A stretch of 64,000 bases of DNA from Lytechinus pictus (Eukaryota), in assembly GCF_037042905.1 (NCBI RefSeq), contig NC_087251.1, positions 9,054,001-9,118,000 on the forward strand. Direction: 5' to 3'. The notes below the pieces were generated by a model that did not search any database, was not told the origin of the DNA, and saw only the letters and a list, made by a program, of their open reading frames with translations. The translations under genes were made by a program, and so were the position numbers. Below are positions 12,646 through 26,160 of the stretch, one piece after another; the stretch's first letter is position 1, and the number at the start of each line of letters is the position of its first letter.

Positions 12646-13060
12646 GTACAGATACCCTTCAGATTATGTTCATGATCGTGATGACTCTTAATTCACATTT
12701 TAGATTTTTGACGTAATGTGATACTGTTGAATGACTTTTTGGCTATTAATAATCACAGACTCTAACCATTTATCATTTCTTCAACCGTCTGCAACTCTGC
12801 AATAATGCCTTATAACTTGATTAACTTAATCAAACTGATATTTGATAAACTGTTTTCATTTGGGCTTGAATTATTCAATGAGACAATACTACAAATATAA
12901 GTACTTTTTACACTAACAATTTTTGTTTTTATCGTGTTTGAATAATTTAATTGTAATTAGGAAAAATCATATAGATATTGATTAGGTAATTACTCGGTTG
13001 CATAACATAAATCCCCAAAGAGATCTCTGAATTGATAAACATATCTATTTTGGCTTCCAG

Positions 13061-13295
13061 TTTTGATGAGAAAGATGAATCAAAGGACAAGAGTGTCAAC
13101 CGGACACACCGGGCCAGCAAGCTTGGTATGGAGTTTGATAGTCTAGATCTCCGAGAATGCAGCTGTGCAGACGTTCTGAACTCCATCCTATCTCAGATAG
13201 TGAGACATTGGAGAGCAGCAGGCAACACTGCCAAGACCATCTATTATTTGCTAGAGGCTGGAGCTGCCGCAGTCGCTACAGGCAACAACATGCAG
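13061..13295 (+). CDS. ADCY10: sAC exon: FDEKDES...CSCADVL...VRHWRAAGNTAKTIYYLLEAGAAA...MQ
   Basis: tccag acceptor, gtaagt donor. Confidence 0.92.
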
Positions 13296-14109
13296 GTAAG
13301 TATGAGGTTAGATCTCTTTATTCAAGGGCAGGCGATTGTGGTGAAATCTTATTTTCTTAATTAGAAATAAAATATGTAATTAATCACCAAATCGTGCTGT
13401 AGGAGCGTCGCATAGAAAATGGATATGGGTTAAAGCAATGTAAAAATTTATTTATATAAAAATTGTCAACATGCGGCATTCAATGGTTTCCAAAGAATGT
13501 GAAAGTCTATTATCATTTGTTTTATAATTCCTATTTTGGAGAGGGGGGGGGGCAAATCTCAAATTTGGAGAAGAATGCCTGACTTAGGTGCAAACAACGT
13601 TGTTTTAAGATTCTAAGACAAAGTAATCATGCGAACTTTGCTATTTGGGTGAAATATTGGCTGGCTTTAGCATGTTTAGTGATATTTAACATTATGCACA
13701 TCTTGAGTAGATCCCTTACATATACTGATATATGGCAGAACTTTTAACAATAAAATACGATGAAAACACGACTGTCAAATGTTCCCCTTTTTTTGTCCAA
13801 AATTCCATCAGAACTAAAAAAAAATGCAATGCTTTTAAACCTTCTCGGTCTTGACGAAAATTTGAAGAGCTCATGCACCATCATTTAGACTGGTGGACTG
13901 CATATTCGATATTTGCAGCTCTCGACAATCGTTAGTGGTCCTGTTTAAACGCATTCTTACACTTTCCCATTTTCTCCTTGTGTCATCCCATCTTTTATCA
14001 CTCCCTTTTTCTAATCTCTTTTTTTTTTAATCATAGACATATTTTATAATAATTTTTACTTCTATCATGTCTAAGCTGTTTAAGTTCTATCTTTGCCTTG
14101 TCACCATAG

Positions 14110-14253
14110 GCTATGTCATATCTACACGAAGCCATGCACTTCATTAGTGAGCTTGATGAAGGCAAGAAACCATTAGCTGAAGATCCTAAAGAACCACATG
14201 AGATCATCATCAAGACACAAGAGAGAGCCATCATTGAGAGGATGATTGGACAG
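14110..14253 (+). CDS. ADCY10: sAC exon: AMSYLHEAMHF...IERMIGQ
   Basis: catag acceptor, gtatag donor. Confidence 0.87.
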
Positions 14254-14654
14254 GTATAGCATTAAAAACAATCTCATTTATTTTATCAAGTAGTTTGAAA
14301 TAGGGTTCTTGGAGGGAGAAAGTAGAAGTACAATATTCATAATCAGCAAAAAAGAAATGTTCATGTTTTTTTATATCAATAATGTATTTACCAATGGGCA
14401 GAAGAGCATATTTCGCAGTAGGTTAAAAAAAGTCCATTTTACATTCTAACACATTAGTTTCAGACGTGAGTAGGCCTATTGAATCCATAAATAGCATATT
14501 GACTGCTGTTCGAAAAAGAAGCCATTACATATCGTTCACAATGTGCGTGTAGTGGCGGAGATTTTGTTTAGTCCACAACAAGATAAAATCTACAAAGCCA
14601 ATTAATTGTCCGGAAACTGAATTCTGTCCGTTTTATCGTTGGAGATAGTTCGAC

Positions 14655-14879
14655 CACTAGCGTACCTAGGGGGGGGGGGCAGACTGCCCCCTGACGAGTC
14701 ACAACTCATGCAGGGGACGTACCCCTGCCCCCCTGACGATTTTTTCTGGTACGAAATGTCCTTTATTTGTGGTTGAAGACTTTTTTTTTTTTTTTTTGCT
14801 TGCAAAATTTTTTCGCGGACGAAATATCCTCCAAAAAATTTGCCCCCCCCCCCTTTGGAAAATCCTGGGTACGCCGCTG
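14655..14879. mobile_element. hAT-like MITE
   Basis: TIRs CACTAGCGTACCTAGG and CAGCGGCGTACCCAGG; perfect 8-bp TSD AGTTCGAC. Confidence 0.82.
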
Positions 14880-14992
14880 AGTTCGACTGCGTCAAAAGTG
14901 TTGATCAAGTAGTCGTCTATGAATAGATTGCACAAGTTTGTTTACCCGTGGGTACAATTCTACAATACTTTCCCAAACCTGATTTAAAACAG

Positions 14993-15168
14993 ACGATGTT
15001 TCGGATGGGTCGAGTAGAAGAATCTATACCTCACTTCTATCGAGCTTTGACCGTACTTCAGAATGAGCAACCACGTAGTAGGACTGGTGTATGGGCTAGT
15101 GTCATCAGGGCTGGTTTCAAGCAATTCATGCATCTCTCTTTCCCCACCAGACTCCACGGCAGAATCAG
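14993..15168 (+). CDS. ADCY10: sAC exon: TMFRMGRVEESIPHFYRALTVL...
   Basis: aacag acceptor, gtaatc donor; TPR-like helix. Confidence 0.87.
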
Positions 15169-15430
15169 GTAATCATTTATTTAATTACAATTTCCCGATT
15201 CCTCATTATATCCTTTATTCCACCAACCGTCCACGTAAGCCCGTCACACGCTATATACGATCCAAATACGGCCCCGGAATACGGCCCTTTTTTCCTCAAA
15301 CAAATTGCATTTTGCACTAAACATAAAGGTTAAAAAAAAAGGTGTGCTGTGTTCTTCGTCCATTCTTGAATTGATTATATATGCTGTCAGCGCTTGTTTC
15401 AAATTATACTCATTTCCGATTTGCAGTTTT

Positions 15431-17220
15431 TGTCTCACCTGCATAGCAGAGTGAGACTATAGGCGCCGCTTTTCCGACGGCGGCGTCAACACCAAATCTT
15501 AACCAAAGGTTAAGTTTTTTAAATGACAGCATAACTTAGAAAGTATATGAACCTAGTTCATGAAACTTGGCCATAAGGTTTATCAAGTATTACTGAACAT
15601 CCTGCCTAAGTTTTATGTCACATGATCAAGGTCAAAGGTCATTTAGGGTCAATGAACTTAGACCATGTTGGGGGAATCAACATCAAAATCTTAACCTAAG
15701 GTTAAATTTTTGAAATGTCCTCATAACTTAGAAAATATAAGGACCTAGTTCATGAAACTTGGACATAAGGTTAATCACGTATTACTAAACATCCTGCATG
15801 AGTTTCACGTCACATGATCAAGGTAAAAGGTCATTTAGGGTCAATGAACTTTGGCCAAATTGGGGGTATCTGTTGAATTACCATCATAGCTTTTAAAGTT
15901 ATGAATCTGATTCATGAAACTTGGACATAATAGTAATTAAGTATCACTGAACATCCTGTGTAAGTTTCAGGTCACATGATTAAGGTCAAAGGTCATTTAG
16001 GGTCAATCAACTTTGGCTAAATTGGGGGTATTTGTTGAATTACCATCATAACTTTGAAAGTATATTGGTCTAGTTCATAAAACTTGGACATTAGAGTAAT
16101 CAAGTATCACTAAACATCCTGTGCACATTTCAGGTCACATGACCAAGGTCAAAGGTCAATGAACTTTGGCCATAATGGGGGTATCTATTGAATTACCATC
16201 ATAACTTTGAAAGTTTATGGATCTGACTTATGAAACTTGGACATAAGAGTAATCAAGTATCACTGAACATCCTGTGCGCAATTTTCAGGTCACATGATCA
16301 AGATCAAAGGTCATGTAAGGTCAATGAACTTTGGCCATGTTGGGGGTATTTGTTGAATTACCATCATATCTCTGTAAGTGTATTGGTCTAGTTCATAAAA
16401 CGTGGACATAAGAGTAACCAAGTATCACTGAATATCTTGTGCGAGTTTCAGGTCCCATGACCAATGTCAAAGGTCAATGGACATTGACCATGTTGGGGGT
16501 ATTTGTTGAATTACCATCAGAACTCTGTAGGTATATTGGTCTAGTTCCTAAAACTTGAACATAAGAGTCGTCAAGTATCACTGACTATCTCAGAAGCGGA
16601 TCTAGAGGGGGGGTTGGGGGGGTTGCAACCCCCCCAAAAAAAAAATCCGGGGACCATTTTTTAAAATCTTATCTTTTTTTTAAACTTGTAATTTTATTTT
16701 ATTCTATTTCTATGTATTTATTTCATTTTTCACACACAGATTTTCAAAAATTTTCCCTACTGTGGGAGGGGGGACACCCCCCTCCCACACCCTCCCCCCT
16801 CGCTCGCTCCGCTCGCTTGGACTCGGTCGCTACGCTCCCTCGCATACCACCCCAACCCCCCCCTTTATAAAAAGCTGGATCCGCCCCTGTATCTCATGCG
16901 ACTTTAAGGTCACATGACCAAAGTCAAAGGTCATTTAAGGTCATTGAACTTTGGCCATTTTAGAGGTAATTATTGGATTGCTGTCATAACTTTCAAAGTT
17001 TATAGATATAGTGTATAAAATGTGGATATAGGGGTAATCAAGTATCACTGACAAGTTTTAGGTCACATGATCAAGGTCAAATGTCAATGAACGTAGTATA
17101 ATATCATTATATGAATGGTGTTTTTTGTGAATAATTATTCTCTAGTAGTTTTCAAAGTCAGCACTGCTGCTATATTGAATCGCGTGATGCAGGTGAGACC
17201 GCCACAGGCATTCCACTTGT
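15431..17220 (+). mobile_element. HINE family 1, long copy (about 8 tandem units) with nested MITE at 16591-16890
   Basis: Same termini; repeated catcataactt...aggtcaaaggtca units. Confidence 0.82.
16591..16890. mobile_element. MITE with CAGRRGCGGATCYAG TIRs and 5-bp TSD, short copy
   Basis: TATCT duplicated; interrupts a HINE unit. Confidence 0.82.
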
Positions 17221-17341
17221 TTATTGAGTACATCGATGAAGAAATTTACTTTATTTCCAGCATTTCTTAGATCTAACATGTTACTCTTAATACCATTGTT
17301 TTTCATGACTTTTTCTCATGATTTCACCTTCACCTCATTAG

Positions 17342-17492
17342 TTCCAGTAATTGGAATCGGTTTAACGAGCAAGCCAGATGTCTTTCTCACCTGTGGTACT
17401 TTCACCACAATAATCGTGACTTCATGCAGGCACTTTTGGCAGTATTACAGCAGATGAATAGATCAGAAGCAGCCAATAATGATCTCAGTGAG
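17342..17492 (+). CDS. ADCY10: sAC exon: SNWNRFNEQARCLSHLW...NDLSE (alternative in-frame acceptor at 17348)
   Basis: tag/cag acceptors 6 nt apart, gtatca donor. Confidence 0.82.
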
Positions 17493-17774
17493 GTATCAAG
17501 TCCTTTTCACATAAAAAAAACACTTAATCAATCAGCATATTCAGTTACATTTTTAAATACAAATAATAAGCGAAATTGATGTATTATTCCCGCTATGAAG
17601 GTACTTTATGGCGCTTTCAAATAACAGGCAAAAACATACATGTACATAGCATATTTTACAATTTTAGAATTATTATTTTATAGCAAAAGAATACTCATCT
17701 AAACATTATTTTTGTCCATCTTTGATAACTTCAATCCTTAGCTGATTCGATGTTTGTTTTTATTTATCTCACAG

Positions 17775-17866
17775 GTTATTAGGTCATATAGCAACATGAT
17801 GGAAACATGTCATTCCTACCACTGGAGAAAAATGGGACGACGCTATGAACAAATCGCTATGCAAAG
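17775..17866 (+). CDS. ADCY10: sAC exon: VIRSYSNMMETCH...YEQIAMQR
   Basis: cacag acceptor, gtatat donor. Confidence 0.85.
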
Positions 17867-18019
17867 GTATATAAAACCCTTTTTTCGGATTACCTTTTCT
17901 CTATTAGATGAAATATTTCATCTTAGATGATAAACATTTTTTTAAATTGAGATACTTGTCTTTTGTCTTGCATAAAGAAGACTCGCACTCATGAAGAAAT
18001 TGCAAATGAACGATCACTT

Positions 18020-18665
18020 TATTCTCATATGTCAGAAGCGATACATAGGCACTGCTTTTCCGACGGTGGCAATGGCGGTGCCGTCGTCAACATTGAAAGG
18101 TTACGTTTTTGGAATGTCATAACTATAATGATTTATTTCATGAAACTCACCCATAAGGGTAATCAAGTAGCACTGATCATTTTGAATGAGTTCCAGGTCA
18201 GATAACTAAGGTCAAAGGTCATTTAGGGGTCAATGAATTTTGATCACGTGTTATCAACATTGAAATGTCATAGTCAAGATCTCTTTCATGAAACTTAGAC
18301 AAACGGGCAATGAAGAAGGCCTGTCATTGATCACTTATCATAAATTTTAGGTAGCATTATCAAGGTCAAAGATCGTTTAGGGTCAATAAACTGACCATGT
18401 TGTGGTTTCATCATTAAAAAATTAACGAAGGTTTTGATTTATTTTTTAAAGATGAAATGGAAAGTATGGGTCCCAATCTCATAAAACTCAGATACTCGAT
18501 ATAGAGTAGGCCTATTGGCAAGAATGAAAATTTAGGTCACGGGTGAAGGTCAAAGATCATTTGAGGTCATTGAACTTAGTAGTTAATTATCAAATGATTT
18601 TTTTTTTAAGAACATTAATTTTTAGTCGTTTTCAAAGTGAGCACCCCTTCTCTTGAATCGCGTAA
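18020..18665 (+). mobile_element. Degenerate HINE family 1 copy
   Basis: gcttttccgacggtggc, aggtcaaaggtcatttagggg and ttttcaaagtgagcac...gaatcgcgt modules; termini eroded. Confidence 0.6.
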
Positions 18666-19146
18666 ATAAAATAGTCCATGGAATATTCAATATTTATTAC
18701 TTCCGGCAAATTCATCATGATTAACCTTTTTTCTTGATCGCTGAAAGGTATCTATTATTTTCCGTAAAGTTCGGTTTCGGCGAAGAATTTGAAATTCGAA
18801 ACAGGTCAAACAACCCTGAGACACAAATTTCGACCAAATGCTTGAAGCATCACGCCATTTACAGATTCCGACTAGGATGAAGAATGGTCATCATATTTTG
18901 TAAAATAAAGTTTGTAATTCCTGCCAAAGAAGTTGATTTACAATCAACTAGATATTACATCTCTTGAACTGCCTTGGTCGACGTCAATCAGAACTACAAC
19001 ATTGGTTATTTCATTAAACGTTAAATCAACTCCTTATTACAATTCCGTGTCCTTCTGCCATTCTCAGCTGTAGTCTACAGCTAGAGTTACTTTATTTATG
19101 TCTATCATGGACAGAGCTACGCTTGTCGGGATTGTCCTTGTCTTAA

Positions 19147-19560
19147 AGGCGACCGCACACCTTACGATTGGTCTGCGACCCGATTTCAGAAAAAATGTAG
19201 TAGAATTTGATGCTAATATTAAGACTTGAAATATTTTACTGTGTAATGTTCTAATTCATCGTACGAATACCTATGTTCAATTCTGTGACTATGCTATCAT
19301 CCTTCTTAGAATAAAAGCGAATTTAATATCTAGTCGTAATGACGTCATAGCAGTCGTACGATTGGCTACAATTTGAAACTAATTTGGCCTTTAATCCAAA
19401 ATAAAGGCTTGCAATCTTTCAAAATGGTTATATTAGTATTCTTTCAATTAATTTTAACCTCAAATAAAATGATATGTTCCATTCACATTTTGAGGAAATG
19501 AGCAAAATGCGATTTGTTCAAAAATCGGATCGCGAACAGTCGTAAGGTGTGCGGTGGCCT
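19147..19560. mobile_element. TIR element (AGGCGACCGCACACCTTACGA ... TCGTAAGGTGTGCGGTGGCCT)
   Basis: Near-perfect TIR; TTAA/TTAT flanks; truncated relative starts at 34686. Confidence 0.75.
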
Positions 19561-19802
19561 TTATCAGATACCGGGCCTTTATATAACGAACAGACTCTCA
19601 GTCGCGTGCGACCTAGTCATGCTAGTCTAGATCTGTTCGACCTTGCCCCGCTTGCCAGGACAGATCTCTGTCGCCTGCGACCTCGCCTGACCTCAAGCTG
19701 AGGACAGATCTGTTTTGCAAAATTCCAGGGACTGCTCATCGGTGGCATGATTTCAGATTTTGTTGGATTGCGCCCACGTGTGCTCAGTGGGGGTATGTCA
19801 AT

Positions 19803-20100
19803 TTAATTCAATTCAAATTTATTTTCATTCTTCAACATAATATAAATGAGTACAAGATAAATTGATTCAATTTAAACAAAAGCATGAACAAGATTCAACA
19901 TTGAATAAATGATATACATATTCAATAAGTGATTCAAATATAGATTAACGTGCATGTCAATTTTAAATCAATATAATTAAATATAATTAAAATCAATATA
20001 AGTATATATCATGAGAAGAATGGAGGGGTCCACTAAAAAGCAAAGCTTGTAGAATGTGGACCCCTCAAAAACTTAGATACAAAGAATATTGAAATATACG
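19803..20100 (-). mobile_element. LINE 3' end fragment (CR1/L2-type) with (GAATT)-like tail
   Basis: Reverse complement carries the ggggtc...caagctttgctttttagt...cccctcca stem-loop also seen at 25874-25918. Confidence 0.6.
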
Positions 20101-20940
20101 TAAAGGAGTACATGCTGCCACCAGATGTGTCTTTGTGCCGGTCTCTGGATACTATCTGGGGTGGGTGGGTCAATTTGTGCCCGTTACTATTATTGCTCTT
20201 GTATTGTACATATGTTTATTATCATCATGTTTGATTCTTTTTTCTTTCTTTTTATTTTTTATTACCTTTGTATTTTTCTTGTGCCTATTATTGCCATTGT
20301 TATAACTTGTTATATTTCATCTATGCCCCCAGGAGGGACCGTCAAAGAAATAAAATCATTGTCATTGTCATTGCCGACAGAATGTCAGTCACAGTGGCAG
20401 CAGGGAAGTGAGAGGAACCTCCCACTTCTCTGGTGGCAGCATGGTCCACATTGACAGTAGGCCTACATAGCTCGAAGAGCGATATTTCAATTTAGTTGAA
20501 GTTAGTTTGTAGGTCTCGTATTCTAATATCGAATTTATAAAGCGCTAGAAAGGACTTGTTTTGAAATGCGGACACATAATCATCTTTATTTTGCAACCAT
20601 TTGACGTAGTGGAAACATGTAGTTTCATACGGAGATAACGATGTTTGACTTCTCTCTTTCTCTCAAGGATGATTTACATTAAAGATAAAGTGCAACGTAT
20701 GTGAAACTTCAGAGCCAGTTTGAGAGAGAGAAAGAGAAGTCAAAAACTAATTTGAGAATTTGGAGATTTATGCAGACGCATTGAGATGGCGAAAGGACAG
20801 TGTGTGAACTAACATACATTCCTAGTATTTGTGATACCCAACCCCTGTAACTTCATTTTAGTATCAAAGATGATAATCAGGACGTTTTTATTGCCGTTTT
20901 AGAAAAGCCGGTGGCATAAATGAATTGATTGGTGAATGAT

Positions 20941-22725
20941 TTAGTTGATTGATTGATTGATTGATTGATTTTATTCGTCAAGAATATCACAGGAGATTAC
21001 AATGAAATTGAGGAAAATACCTTGACAGGATAGCCCATGAAAGCCGAAAGGCTTATTTCCAATGGGGTCCTATAGTTAGTATAAAACATTAACATATTGT
21101 ATCAAAAAATATAAACTACGACAAGTACTGGAATATTGGGGGGAAAAAATACATACAAACATATCCATCAGTCATATAATTTGCAAACATCTGAAGCAAA
21201 CAATAATCTTCCTAATATGTGAGACAAGATTATATTTTAACATACCTTAATGTATACATTATCTACAATACTAGAAACCAACTGTACAAAATGTGTTATT
21301 TTACTGGTAATGCTGTTCTCGGGCAGCTTCCAGTTTTAGGTGATTTTTTAATGCACTCTTAAATTGACAAAATAATTTAACGGCTTTTATTTTATCAGGA
21401 AGAGCATTCCAAGATTGGATGCCATTAAAATAAAAAGTGTTTCCAATATGTCCTTCACGTTTTGGTAATACGAAATTAAAATTACTATTTCGAGTATCGT
21501 ACCTATGGATATTTGATACCCGGGTGAAATGATTTGCTATATAATGATCTAATTTATCCGAATAGAATATTTTATGCACGTGGTGTAATACTAATTGTTG
21601 TGACCTGTGATCTACATGAAGCAATCCTGCCTTTTCAAGTTCATTATATCCGACATGTGCTCTTGGTCCTAAAACATTTATATATCTCACAATTTTATTT
21701 TGAATTATTCTTAGCTTTTTCTTATCCGTAACACCCAGACTACCGTACCAAGCCGCATTAGCATAGTCGAATAAACATTGTATTAACGCAAAGCATAAAA
21801 TACGTCTAGACTTCATATTCAAACAGGTTTGATATCTATACAAAAATTTCAAGCGTGAATTAGCCTTTTTGGCGATTGAGTCTACCAAACCCATCCATGA
21901 TAGGTTACTTGTTAAATTAATTCCCAAATATCTTACTGAATCTTTTCTTTCAATTACCTGATTATTATATGAAACCTTGAAATCGTGTGTATATCTTAAC
22001 TTTCGTTTAGAACAAAATAAAATGCTTTCCGTTTTCCCAACGTGTAAACTAAGCTTGTTGTCAGACATCCATTCGATGCAATTAGCCAAATCAGCACTAA
22101 GTTTTTTATCAATTATCTTGGGATTTGTATCCGAATATAGCAAGACACTATCATCAGCATATAAAATTAATTTAGATTCGTTAATACAAGTACACATATC
22201 ATTGATGTAAGACATAAAAAGAATGGGGCCTAAAATGCTTCCTTGAGGGACACCGCATTTAATAGGCAGTGAATCAGAAAGAACCGTCTGCATGGTAACT
22301 ACCTGATGACGGTTAGATAAATATGATCTAAACCATGTCACACATGCAGAGTCTAAACCCATCACTTCTAATTTCTTTAAAAGTATGCTATGATTTACAG
22401 TATCAAAGGCTTTTTGTAAGTCTAGGAGAACCATTCCAACCATGCGCCCATGTGAAATTTCATTCCTGATAAAATCTGTTAAATGTATTAAACAAGTTTC
22501 AGTGGAATATCCGTTACGAAAGCCGGACTGAAATTTATATATTAGGTTGGTTTCTTGGAAGTATTTCTCCACTTGAGCATGAACAGATTTTTCCAAAATC
22601 TTCGACACTACACTTAATACACTTATTGGCCTATAATTACTAACGTCAGTTTTATCTTTCTTTTTATGTAGCGGGGTAACTTTTGCGAATTTCATATCAT
22701 CAGGAAAGGTAGAAGACATAAGAGA
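20941..22725 (-). mobile_element. 5'-truncated CR1/L2-group LINE with intact 472-aa reverse transcriptase ORF (21301-22719) and (TCAA)n tail
   Basis: [53 protein letters not shown] plus TCAA repeats at 20945-20975. Confidence 0.92.
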
Positions 22726-22769
22726 TAAAGTTGCTCATGATCAAATAAAAAGAAGTTGTAAAATCTATA

Positions 22770-23586
22770 CAGTGCGTCCCAGAAAAAACGAAACCGAGAT
22801 TTATCGATGATTTATCATATAACTTGATCACAAATACAATAGACAAGTGACCTACCATTGTAAAGCTTAGACTCTTTCGTCTGATATTACTTGAATTATT
22901 TCGCATTCACGCATGAGTGAGCAAAAACAATTTGAAGAAAGGAAATCAAAAACTCATTTGGCGGGGGGTATCTGAATTTCAAAAAGAAAATCACATGCCT
23001 AAAAAGCCCAATATCTGCTTTTTAATTTGATACCTTAATCACAGAAAATGGTCGAGAAGTAAAAAAGTTCTGTTCCCTTGAAACATTGTTTGTATTTCCA
23101 TAATTTCATTAAATAAACGTGTTTTCACCGGTTTCCCACAGAAGCTATCGCACGGTTTACAAAAGACTTAATGCATGGCTGATCGTCAACAAAACGGTGT
23201 GTCGAGTGAGTCTGGACGCTAGCCTGTAAAACCTCTTCATTTTATGCAATTTTTGAAATTCAAGCCTTATTTCAAATAACCAGAACTTTGTTATTTCTTT
23301 ACCATTTTCTGTAATTGTGGTATCAAATTAAAGAGCAGATATTGAACTTTTTAAAAATGTGATTTTCGTTTCGAAACCCAGATACAGCCCGCCAAGTGAC
23401 TTTTTGGTATCCCCTTTTGAAATTGGTTTTGCTCATTCATGCGTGAATGAAAAATAATGTAAGTAGTTTCAGATGAAAGAGTAGATTCTAAGCTTTACAA
23501 TGGTAGGTCACTTGTCTATTGTATTTGTGATTAAGTTATGATAAATCATCGCTTAATCTCGGTTTCGTTTTTTCTGGGACGCACTG
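22770..23586. mobile_element. Tc1/mariner-like foldback MITE, copy 2
   Basis: Same TIRs and TA target duplication as 1120-1893. Confidence 0.87.
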
Positions 23587-23716
23587 TATAGGAGGGAAGA
23601 AAAAGAGGCATTCAAATTCACATCTTTTGCGATATGAATGCTCATTGTATGCAGAATGAAGTAAATGCACTACATGATTAATGTTCAGATATGAGAAATC
23701 ACTCTTGAATTTCTAG

Positions 23717-23835
23717 ATGCGTTTCATCTCCACGAGAAGTAGGAGCAGAAGAGCTAGCAGTTATCAGCCATCTGTACTGTGTTAGCATGAAAATACGACT
23801 CGCTCAGGGCAAGATTCAAGGTGCCATTGACACAG
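23717..23835 (+). CDS. ADCY10: sAC exon: CVSSPREVGAEELAVISHLY...GAIDTG
   Basis: tctag acceptor, gtatgg donor. Confidence 0.85.
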
Positions 23836-24292
23836 GTATGGAGGAAAAACATTTATGTATTGACATTGATTTTGTTCGTTTGGGGGGGGGGTACAATACA
23901 GCAGAATATGATAGACCTTAATGTACCCGACTAGCAAGAAATATGAGTAAGGAGTTATGAAAACGTGTGAAATAGAATCATTATACATTTTCCCCACCTG
24001 ACTAAAGTAGTACCTTAAGTCTTGGGACCTGACTTACCCCCTTCAGTCCGATACAGAATATAAGATCGCGGGTAATTACTTTATCGAATACTTCGTAATC
24101 ATATTGTTAATTCACTTTTAATAATATTCATAAATGTGTTATTTTCACTGCATTTGATTAACGTAACAACCTTGACCCCAAATTGGTGTTTGATGAGTAG
24201 AAATGCATTGAAGGAAATTGAAAAGAAAAATTACATGAAGACTATTTTATCAACTGCTAAATGAAAAGTTTTTTTTTTTTTGTTGTTGATAG

Positions 24293-24389
24293 GATACAGC
24301 GCTCTGAAAGTAGCTGAAAAGCTTCATGATAATGAGATGGCAATTCAAGTACTACCTACCCTTGTCAGAGCCCTGATGATTGCTGAAAG
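24293..24389 (+). CDS. ADCY10: sAC exon: YSALKVAEKLH...LPTLVRALMIAER
   Basis: T-tract and gatag acceptor, gtttga donor. Confidence 0.87.
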
Positions 24390-24458
24390 GTTTGATTGTA
24401 TTCTCTTTGTTTGTATTTGTTTGTCTGTATCTGTAGCTTATGTTGAACAAATTAAAGG

Positions 24459-26160
24459 GTAACTTCTGGAAAGGATAATTTATAAAAGGACAGTTGCTTT
24501 CCTTAAGAAATATAGTATTATATGTGATAATCAATTCGGTTTTAGAAAAAAACATAATACAACTCATGCTATATTGACATTAATAAATAAAATATCTACT
24601 TCTTTTGACGATTCTGATCATACCGTATGGTTATTTCTCAAAAGCGTTTGATACAATAGATCATGAAATACTATTATGTAAGCTATCAAATTACGGTATC
24701 AGAGGGACAGCTTTACAATGGTTTAGGAGTCATCTTACTGATAGAATTCAGTTTGTTACAGTAAATGAATCAGAATCTCCAACAAGGCCAGTTTCCTGTG
24801 GAATTCCACAAGGTAGTATTCTTGGCCCTTTGCTATTTGTAATTTATGTTAATGATATGAAAAATTCATCTCATGTTCTCTCATTTATTCTCTTTGCTGA
24901 TGATTGCAATATTTTCTTTACACATCATGATCCACATGTACTTGTGAGCACTATAAATGCAGAATTTAAAAAAGTAACAACTGGATTAAAGCCAACAAAC
25001 TGTCATTGAATCTGCAAAAAACGAATTATATGCTTTTTAGTCATTCATTGAAACATCTACCGCATCAAATACTTTTAGATAATACTGAAATCAAAGAAGT
25101 GCAAACAACTAAATTCTTAGGTCTTACTATTGATAACAAATTTACGTGGAATGCTCATATCAACAATATTTGCAAAACTGTGGCAAGAAATATTGGAGTA
25201 ATCAATAAGCTTAAAAACGTTCTTCCAGCACAGGCGCTATCCATGTTGTATTGTGCATTAATTCTACCATATCTTAATCATGGAATTCTGGCATGGGGTA
25301 ATGCCTCTAAAACGAGACTCAATAAAGTCTTGCTACTTCAGAAAAAAGTACTGAGAATAATATGCAATATGTCCTTTAGAGCTCATGCAGATGAATTGTT
25401 TCGTCAGAAACGTATCCTTAAAGTCAATGACCTGTACCGCTTGCAACTATTCCAATTCATGTATCAGCTAGATAGAAATAGTGTACCTAATGTCCTACAC
25501 AAGAAATTTATGAGAAACAATACTTTACAGTCATATATACGAGACAATCAAATGACTATCACTTACCCAAAAGTAGAACAGTATTTTCTAGCAAAACTGT
25601 ATTTTTCACAGGACCAAAACTCTGGAATTCTCTGGACAGAGTAATAAAATAGGCAGCTAATCTGAACCGATTTAAATTACTCATCAAAAAAATTCTTCTG
25701 AATTCTTTACTTATCCACGGTAGTATTGATTATTTTAAAGTCAATATTTCATGTTGTATACAGTGTATATACATTTGTGTTTAATACAGTGTTTATATTT
25801 ATATAATTTTATATAATTTTGCTGATTATTTTACTCTACTTATATCATATTACCCTTGTATAAAATTTTGATAGGGGGTCTACATTTTACAAGCTTTGCT
25901 TTTTAGTAGGCCCCTCCACTTTTTTTCATTTCATTGCTACGTTTCAATCCTGCATGTGTTATGCATTTTTTCATTGGGTCTACATTTTACAAGCTTTGCT
26001 TTTTAGTAGGCCCCTCCACTTTTTTTCATTTCATTGCTACGTTTCAATCCTGCATGTGTTATGCATTTTTTCATTGTAAAAAATTGTTTATTATAAGTGT
26101 ACTTTGATGATTGTGGAATATGAATATATCAATAAATAAAAAAATAAAAATAAAAATAAA
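24459..26160 (+). mobile_element. 5'-truncated, frameshifted CR1/L2-group LINE with a 100-bp tandem duplication in its 3' UTR
   Basis: [29 protein letters not shown] in broken ORFs 24605-25009 and 25006-25644; A-rich tail 26132-26160. Confidence 0.9.

Noticed and set aside
17493..17500. Possible U12-type donor (GTATC...)
   Set aside because: Reads GTATCAAG, not GTATCCTT.
21301..22719. Standalone RT as retron, DGR or domesticated gene
   Set aside because: Motifs, 5' truncation and (TCAA)n tail are those of a non-LTR retrotransposon.
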